Shown here one piece after another: positions 55,418-64,000 of a stretch of DNA of 64,000 bases. Positions within the stretch are counted from its first letter, which is position 1, and each line of letters starts with the position of its first letter. The notes beneath the pieces were generated by a model, which saw only the letters and a list, made by a program, of their open reading frames with translations, was not told where the DNA came from and searched no databases. Origin of the DNA: Octopus bimaculoides (taxonomy: Eukaryota); contig NC_068984.1 in NCBI RefSeq assembly GCF_001194135.2, forward strand, positions 116,606,754 through 116,670,753. The letters are read 5' to 3'. A program made the position numbers and the translations under genes.

Positions 55418-55949
55418 ATTATCATCATCATCATCATTTAACAAGCATGTTCCTTGTTGTCATGAGTGGAGGATTCAACAAGTTCTGATAGGTCTGAGGA
55501 CTGCATCATGCTTTGATGCCTATAGCTGGATGCTCTTCCTCATGTCAACCATTTTACACTTTTATATACATGAGTGTATGTGTGCACGTACCTGTTTTAT
55601 GTTCAAACTGGCCAGATCTGGCCTCTCACACCTACCCAACATTTTTCATTATTCTAAACATAAGTAGTAACATCACTGAAATTTGAAAGCTGCAAGATAA
55701 TGCATGATTAATTCAAAATAATGTGAATAAATAAGCATTACATTTGACAAAATAATCTGAATGCTAAGGAGTTAAATGGAAAGTTTATATCATAGAACCA
55801 GGTAGCAGTCTCAGGTGGATTGGTATCAGAAGTGTTAATCTTGTCTGAAGAGTGTGGTCTAATCAAGTTTGAAATTGACTTGAAAAGTTCTTACATATAA
55901 ACATATCCACAGGTGCAGGAAAGTTGTGTGATAAGAAAATTTTCCCCCC

Positions 55950-56180
55950 AGAAGCTGGCAGAAACGTTAGCATGTTGGGCGAAATTCTTAGCAGTATTTC
56001 GTCTGCCAGTACGTTCTGAGTTCAAATTCCGCCAAGGTTAGCTTTGCATTTCATCCTTTCAGGGCTCGATAAATTAAGTACCAGTTACCCACTGGGGTCA
56101 ATGTAATCGACTTAATCCCTTTGTCTGTCCTTGTTTGTCCCCTCTATGTTTAGCCCCTCGTGGGCAATAACGAAATAAGA
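55950..56180 (+). mobile_element. Family B SINE nested in a family A copy
   Basis: Matches the reverse complement of 7776-8005. The family A head at ~55910 resumes at ~56190. Confidence 0.75.
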
Positions 56181-56472
56181 AATTTGCCCCTCAACCACAT
56201 AGTTGCAGGTTCAGTCCCACATGTGACATCTTGGGCATGTGTCTTCTAAAAACCTTGTGAGTGGATTTGGTAAATGGAAACTGAAAGAAGCCCATCATAT
56301 AAATATATAAAATTAATATAAACAACAGTTTGCAATGTTTCACCAAAAAGGAGAATTGACACGGGTGTTAGATAATACCTACATTGCTAAAAATAAGAGC
56401 TAAAGCACTCTAATGCTGTAGTTAATGCACATGAATGAAAACATATACATAACACTAATGAAAATATCTATA

Positions 56473-56515
<43 letters not shown>

Positions 56516-57594
56516 ACTGCTTATGTTTAGAATAATGACAAATGTTAGGTAGTTGTGAGAGGCCAGATCTGGCCAGTTTAAACATAAAACAGGTAGAATA
56601 TTTAAATGTTAAACGGTTAAACTGATCTGCATTTAAACCTCTTCTCAAAATTCCTTTTTAATGCTCCACATACTAGCTTAATAGTGACAAGGTTATTTTG
56701 CAAAGTTCTTCATTTTTGAAATTAATTGAAACAAAGACTGTATAAATTAACAGAAACATGGCAAAACATTCTATCCATAATTGTCATTAGCATGTAAACA
56801 AAAATCAGACAGTTCTTTCTGTAGGAATATGAATTAACTTGAGAAATTTATTGTCTGTCTTTGGAAACTGTCACTTTTTTTTGAGAACTTTTACCAATTA
56901 TTACATGATTTTTCCTTCACTTCTACAATTTACAGGCAAATTTATATAAATTAACCAATTATTGCTAATGACATTCAGTATCTCATTGTTTAATATTTAT
57001 GGTGCTCCAGCATAGCCACAGTCAAAAGACTGAAACAAGTAAAAGAGTAAAAGAGTATATATATATATATATATATNNNNNNNNNNNNNNNNNNNNNNNN
57101 NNNNNNNNNNNNNNNNNNNNNNNNNNTATATATCGAAATGCTAGTGTTTTTAATGGTGGCTGCTGATGAAGGATATGTTCTCTATGTGGCCTGCTTGTTT
57201 TTTGTACCTTGTTTATCATTTTGTCTATGTTTTTTTGCAACGTCATGTACCCAGATATGTATCTATATGTACATGTAGATGAAGGTATGTACATACATGT
57301 ACGTATATATGCATATACTCATATATTGTTTGTATATATATATATATCATCATCATCATCGTTTAACGTCCGCTTCCCATGATATATATATTCCTATCAG
57401 AACTTAGATATTTTGGACAAGAAGCATTTCTACCAATTCTACACACCTCTTCCCTTGCATAATGGAACTGCAGCTATAACATCCTACATATATCTTTATT
57501 TTTACTTTTATTCTCTTATTTCCTTTTATTCTTCTTATTTCCATCCTTTTCCAAAATAACTCTTTATTTTGAGCTCTACAATTTCTTCCACATC

Positions 57595-57642
57595 GTCTCT
57601 GATGAAGGGATATCCCTAATATCCCAGAAATAGGTGTAAGAC
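57595..57642 (+). ncRNA. Minimal type I hammerhead-ribozyme-like motif
   Basis: GTCT-CTGATGA-A-GGGATAT[CCCTA]ATATCCC-A-GAAA-T[AGGT]GTA-AGAC. Stems I and II and both conserved boxes are present. Confidence 0.6.
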
Positions 57643-58230
57643 TAACTTTCTCTTCATCAATGTCCTGAAAATTCCACACAGCCCTGGCTTTGTTGTATGA
57701 TTTTATTTAACACACACACACACACACATACATACATATATATANNNNNNNNNNNNNNNNNNNNNNNNNNNNNNNNNNNNNNNNNNNNNNNNNNNNNNNN
57801 NNNNNNNNNNNNNNNNNNNNNNNNNNNNNNNNNNNNNNNNNNNNNNNNNNNNNNNNNNNNNNNNNNNNNNNNNNNNNNNNNNNNNNNNNNNNNNNNNNNN
57901 NNNNNNNNNNNNNNNNNNNNNNNNNNNNNNNNNNNNNNNNNNNNNNNNNNNNNNNNNNNNNNNNNNNNNNNNNNNNNNNNNNNNNNNNNNNNNNNNNNNN
58001 NNNNNNNNNNNNNNNNNNNNNNNNNNNNNNNNNNNNNNNNNNNNNNNNNNNNNNNNNNNNNNNNNNNNNNNNNNNNNNNNNNNNNNNNNNNNNNNNNNNN
58101 NNNNNNNNNNNNNNNNNNNNNNNNNNNNNNNNNNNNNNNNNNNNNNNNNNNNNNNNNNNNNNNNNNNNNNNNNNNNNNNNNNNNNNNNNNNNNNNNNNNN
58201 NNNNNNNNNNNNNNNNNNNNNNNNNNNNNN

Positions 58231-58530
58231 AGCAAGATCGTTGCCAGTGCCCCTGGACTGGCTCTTGTGTGGGTGGCACATAAAATACACCATTCTGAGC
58301 GTGGCCGTTGCCAGTACCGCCTGACTGGCCTTCGTGTGGGTGACACGTAAAAGCACCCACTACACTCTCTGAGTGGTTGGTGTTAGGAAGGGCATCCAGC
58401 CATAGAAACTCTGCCAAATCAGATTGGAGCCTGGTGTAGCCATCCGGTTTCACCAGTCCTCAGTCAAATCGTCCAACCCATGCTAGCATGGAAAGCGGAC
58501 GTTAAACGACGATGATGATGATGATGATAC
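58231..58530 (+). mobile_element. Family C retroposon 3' part
   Basis: Reverse complement of 31735-32045, ending in (GAT)n. Confidence 0.8.
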
Positions 58531-58624
58531 ATAATTCTTTAACAAGAAAAGTACTGACAGGACTTCAAAATTTCAGTGAGCTAAGTCATCCTCAGTATAC
58601 TGTTTGAGTAAATAGGTGTCCGAT

Positions 58625-59060
58625 CAGGGCTGGATTAAGACCCATTGAGGCCCTAAGATTTTGGTGCCCCCATAAAAGATTATGTATTTCAAAATATAAA
58701 CAATAACAAAGAACAAAAATAAATTCTTATTTTTCAAAATGAAACAAAACAGTAAAAAGGATAATAATGTTTATGTTTGTATACTTCCACTTTATTTATA
58801 TTTGAAAAGTTTCCTCCTACTTTTTTGAATAGTAAAGTCTTCAATCAGATCCTCAAAATATAATCTTAGGTAACACATCTGCATCTTTTGCTTAATGGTT
58901 AATCCAGTGCTGTGTATGATGATTACTACTGTTATGTTTAGAATTGAGCAAAAGATCCCCGCCTCCAACTAATGCAGGACTGAGATGGATGATGTGCACG
59001 GGGTTAAAAAATGTTCGAGCAAGCTCAAGCAGATGAAACCATCATTGGACTGTGATAGAG
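58625..59060 (-). mobile_element. Decayed hAT transposon 3' end
   Basis: CAGGGCTGGATTAAGAC terminus. Minus strand resembles a hAT C-terminal (dimerization-domain) tail: YFEDLIEDFTIQKVGG. Confidence 0.5.
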
Positions 59061-59189
59061 TTTTAACTTAACAGAGATTATATAAGGTCAAAGTGAATAT
59101 GAATGTATCACATGCTGATGAGGACCTAGTAGGCAGAAACTTCAAAGTCAGTGTCAACACTATTCTTACTAAAGAATAATAAACAAGTA

Positions 59190-59590
59190 GGTGCAGGAGT
59201 GGCTGTGTGGTAAGTAACTTGCTTACCAACCACATGGTTCCTGGTTCAGTCCCACTGCGTGACACCTTGGGCAAGTGTCTTCTGCTATAACCTCGGGCCG
59301 ACCAAAGCCTTGTGAGTGGATTTGGTAGACGGAAACTGAAAGAAGCCCGTCGTATATATGTATATATATGTATATGTGTGTGTGTTTGTGTGTCTGTGTT
59401 TGTCCCCCACCATCGCTTGACAACCGATGCTGGTGTGTTTACGTCCCCGTAACTTAGCGGTTTGGCAAAAAGAGACTGATAGAATAAGTACTAGGCTTAC
59501 AAAGAATAAGTCCTGGGGTCGATTTTCTCGACTAAAGGCGGTGCTCCAGCATGGCCGCAGTCAAATGACTGAAACGAGTAAAAGAGTAAG
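59190..59590 (+). mobile_element. Family A SINE (young, CpGs retained)
   Basis: Near-identical to 25996-26412. Confidence 0.85.
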
Positions 59591-59672
59591 TACTCTACCA
59601 AAAGAATTCAGGAAACCCTCAGTTTAATGTAAAATTGTTTTTATTACAACTTAACATAAAACAAACATTTAC

Positions 59673-59707
<35 letters not shown>

Positions 59708-60030
59708 CGTGTGTGTGTGTGTGTATGCATGGGAAAATTTATATATATATATGTGTGTGTGTATGTATATGTGTGTTTATTTATGTATAAATGTGTGTTT
59801 GTATGATACACACGCATATATATGTATATACAACCTCTGGGTGTATTTTTATGTATCTTCGTTTGTGATATATACGAGTGGCTGTGTGGTAAGAAGTTTG
59901 CTTCCAAGCCACATGGTTCTGGGTCCAGCCCCACTGCAAGGCACCTTTGGCAAGTGTTTTCTACTATAGCCTCGGGCTGACTAAAGCCTTGTGAGTGTAT
60001 TTGGTAGACGGAAATGTTTGTATGCGTATA

Positions 60031-60091
<61 letters not shown>

Positions 60092-60469
60092 NNNNNNNNN
60101 NNNNNNNNNNNNNNNNNNNNNNNNNNNNNNNNNNNNNNNNNNNNNNNNNNNNNNNNNNNNNNNNNNNNNNNNNNNNNNNNNGTGTATGTAGGCACACACA
60201 CACACACACACATCAACATGAGTGTGTGTGTGTATGTCCATGAATGTGTTTGTGTGTATATGTGCGCGTGTACGAACGTATGTGCACGCACGCGTGTATT
60301 TGCAAGCGTGAGAGGAGGAGTCGGTTGAAAGTCATAATCATAAATTATTTTCATCACCTGTCTTTACTGATAAAAACAAAAGTCTGTTCGAATATTAATG
60401 ATGTGAATTTCTGACAATGTTCCAAAGCTACAAATATTTATAGGAAAGGATATCGTCTATTAGATTGAT

Positions 60470-61200
60470 ACTAGAACTTGACTAGTATTTTATTTTATCG
60501 ACCCTTGAACGATGAAAGCTGAAGTCCGTCTCGGTAAAATTTGAACTTAGAACGTAGAGATACATCGAGAATCGTAATGCATTTTGTCCGATGCTAATAA
60601 TAATAACAATTCTTTCTACTATAGGCACAATGGCTCAACTGGTATTTATTTCATCGACCCCGGGAGGATGAAAAGCAAAGTCGACCCCGGCAGAATTTGA
60701 ACTCAGAACGTAGAGATACATCGAGAATCGTAATGCATTTTGTCCGACGCTAATAACAATAATAATTCTTTGTACAATGGGCACAAGGCCTGAAGTTTTG
60801 GGGGAGGAGGAGGCAAGTCGATTTCATCGATCCCAGTGTTCAACTGGTACTTATTTGGTCAAACCCGAAAGGATGAAAGGCAAAGCCGACTTTGGCAAAA
60901 TCTCAGCTCAGAACGTTAAGAAAGTCACATTGATGTATCTTAATGTATTTTAGTCCGATGTTAATAAAGATAATGATGATGATGAAGGTGACGGGAATAA
61001 ATAGTTATAATTCTTTCTACTACAGGCACAAGGCTTGTAATTTGGGGGAAGTGGGCTACTCGAAACATCGATGCCAGTGCTTGACTGGTATTTATTTTAT
61101 CAACCCAGCGGGGGGGGGGGGGGGGGGTGAAAGGCAAAGTCAACCTCAGCGAAATTTGAACTCAGAATGTAAAGAGACGCATCGAATTATCGTATTGTAT
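60470..61200 (-). mobile_element. Tandem cluster of about four family B SINEs, CpGs retained
   Basis: Repeated ATCGACCC...GATGAAAG...GTCGAC...AATTTGAACTCAGAACGT units. Confidence 0.75.
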
Positions 61201-61556
61201 TTTATTCGACGCTTATTATAGTAATGATAATAATGATGACAATGAAGATAATAGTAATAATAGTTGTTTCTTCAAAACAAGGTCTTAAGTTTGAATTTTA
61301 TTTGTAGCCCAAATCACAAAATAAATACATAAATAAATAGAGATTGTCCTGGAAGAATAGTATGGCGTGCGTAAGAAAATAGCTGCCGCGAAAAGAGGAA
61401 GGTTTACTTGCCAGGAGCGAGCGATACACAGTTTGCTAATAACAATGTCGGTTAACAAATCCATCGAAGAAACTGGAGAAGGTTTATGAGAAATGACAAC
61501 ATTTAAAAACAAGAAAAGAAAGATTGAAAGAGAAAGTAAGAAAAAAGAAGTGTTTT

Positions 61557-61592
<36 letters not shown>

Positions 61593-61809
61593 TGAATGAA
61601 TGAATGGAAAGTAGCAGAAGAAATGGAAAAAAAGAACAAATATAACAAAACAACGGCAATAAGAAAAAAATGACATGAAATGAAAGTGCCTTCGATGTGA
61701 CACACATACACACATGTATGTATAGCTATATGTATGCATTGTATGTGTGTGTGTGCGTATACACATTCATATATGTGTGTATATAATTTATATATATAAA
61801 CATACATAT

Positions 61810-61869
<60 letters not shown>

Positions 61870-61942
61870 AAGAGAGAAAGAGAGAGAGAAATGACTGGCT
61901 GAAATAGATAATTCTAGAGAGAATATATAGATAGATAGAGAA

Positions 61943-62017
<75 letters not shown>

Positions 62018-62066
62018 GATAGATTAGATGGATAGATTAGATAGATAGATAGATAGATAGAGAGAG

Positions 62067-62099
<33 letters not shown>

Positions 62100-62613
62100 T
62101 TGTGAGAAAAGACAGGCGGAAAATGTGGAAAATAAACCCAACAAAATTGCACAAATACAAATTATGTAAATAAATGATAGAAAGAAAAAAAAAAAAATAC
62201 GAGTTGGAATTTCAGGAATATGCATTGAGTCAAAAGACACCTTGACGTCTCTTATATTATGAAGACAGTTGACGGTGGGAAGAGGAAATGTGCATGCGCA
62301 CACATATAGCAAGTGGTACGTGTGTGTGTATGTGCAGGGACACAAGTGTGTACATGAACGGACAAGTGTGTGTATGGACAATCATGTGTATATGTTTGTG
62401 AGTTTATATGGTTATGTGCGGCTGTGCGTTTGTTGTATGCATTAATGTACAAAGTGTGTGCATATGTGTATGCGTGGGTTTGAATGTGTAAGAGTACAAA
62501 AGTGTGTCTGGACGGGCAAGCGTGTGATGTCGGTAGTGTGCAAGTGTGTGCCTGTTGTTATGCATGAGCGTGCAAATATGTTTGTTGCATGCATTTATGT
62601 ATAAGTATGTGTA

Positions 62614-62672
<59 letters not shown>

Positions 62673-63332
62673 GCGTGTATATGTGAACCAAGATCGCACC
62701 TGAGTTTGTATGTGTATGTGTATGATTGAGCCTAAGAGTATGTGTGTGTGTGTGTGTGTGTGTGTGATNNNNNNNNNNNNNNNNNNNNNNNNNNNNNNNN
62801 NNNNNNNNNNNNNNNNNNNNNNNNNNNNNNNNNNNNNNNNNNNNNNNNNNNNNNNNNNNNNNNNNNNNNNNNNNNNNNNNNNNNNNNNNNNNNNNNNNNN
62901 NNNNNNNNNNNNNNNNNNNNNNNNNNNNNNNNNNNNNNNNNNNNNNNNNNNNNNNNNNNNNNNNNNNNNNNNNNNNNNNNNNNNNNNNNNNNNNNNNNNN
63001 NNNNNNNNNNNNNNNNNNNNNNNNNNNNNNNNNNNNNNNNNNNNNNNNNNNNNNNNNNNNNNNNNNNNNNNNNNNNNNNNNNNNNNNNNNNNNNNNNNNN
63101 NNNNNNNNNNNNNNNNNNNNNNNNNNNNNNNNNNNNNNNNNNNNNNNNNNNNNNNNNNNNNNNNNNNNNNNNNNNNNNNNNNNNNNNNNNNNNNNNNNNN
63201 NNNNNNNNNNNNNNNNNNNNNNNNNNNNNNNNNNNNNNNNNNNNNNNNNNNNNNNNNNNNNNNNNNNNNNNNNNNNNNNNNNNNNNNNNNNNNNNNNNNN
63301 NNNNNNNNNNNNNNNNNNNNNNNNNNNNNNNN

Positions 63333-63383
<51 letters not shown>

Positions 63384-63964
63384 TGACGAGATAGATGGAT
63401 TGACAAATAACCAGAGTGAGCGCTTGGACAGAGAGAAATTGTTACGAGCGTGGAAATCCGCTCTTGTTAATTGATCTTAAACGAAGTGAGGAGGGTCGTA
63501 AATAAGTCACCATATCAATCCCAACAGCCACTTGGTCCTTTCCTTCTTCTTCGTATTATTTATTCTTCGACTTCTTCGTTCGACCTCTTCCTTATTTTTC
63601 TTCTCTCTTCCCGATCTGCGCGCACACGCGTGTTAGTTGCTACGCCACGTACGATTGTGCGTATACACAACCCCTGCTTTACCACAATGCGTGTCTATTC
63701 AAACACATATTTAATACACACACAAACAAGCACACACACACACACACACATTTACGTTAACAGTTTGTATATATATATATACACGTGCATACATACATAC
63801 ATACATACATTCATACATACATACACATCTGTATATATCTATGTATGTATGTGGTGCATGATTAAAAGTACCGTCTATTATTTAATGTGTAAATGTAAGT
63901 GCGCATCTGTATGTATACATACATACATACACATACACAGATACATGCATAGTCATACACACGA

Positions 63965-64000
<36 letters not shown>

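Overview
Repeat-saturated, AT-rich eukaryotic draft-assembly window with many N gaps, most of them abutting microsatellites. The SINE families and the extreme (AT)n/(TG)n/(TATG)n/(TAGA)n/(GAT)n load look like an octopus (coleoid cephalopod) genome; that assignment is inferred, not searched. Only one coding segment is firmly supported: a 1,032-bp, phase-1/phase-1, minus-strand exon (10883-11914) encoding 344 aa of armadillo-like helical repeats. It resembles the ARM region of invertebrate ARM-TIR proteins, but no TIR exon was found here. A few other exon-like islands (22.2 kb, 26.7 kb, 53.8 kb) are unresolved. The rest is tRNA-derived SINEs (at least four families), decayed Tc1/mariner (DD37D maT, Tc1, mariner), hAT and piggyBac-like elements, foldback MITEs and RT fragments (CR1-like, RTE). 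There are also several minimal hammerhead-ribozyme-like cores typical of Penelope-like elements, a 45-bp minisatellite grown from a MITE, and a perfect 127-bp inverted repeat. Nearly all ORFs in the supplied track are microsatellite, SINE or gap artefacts.
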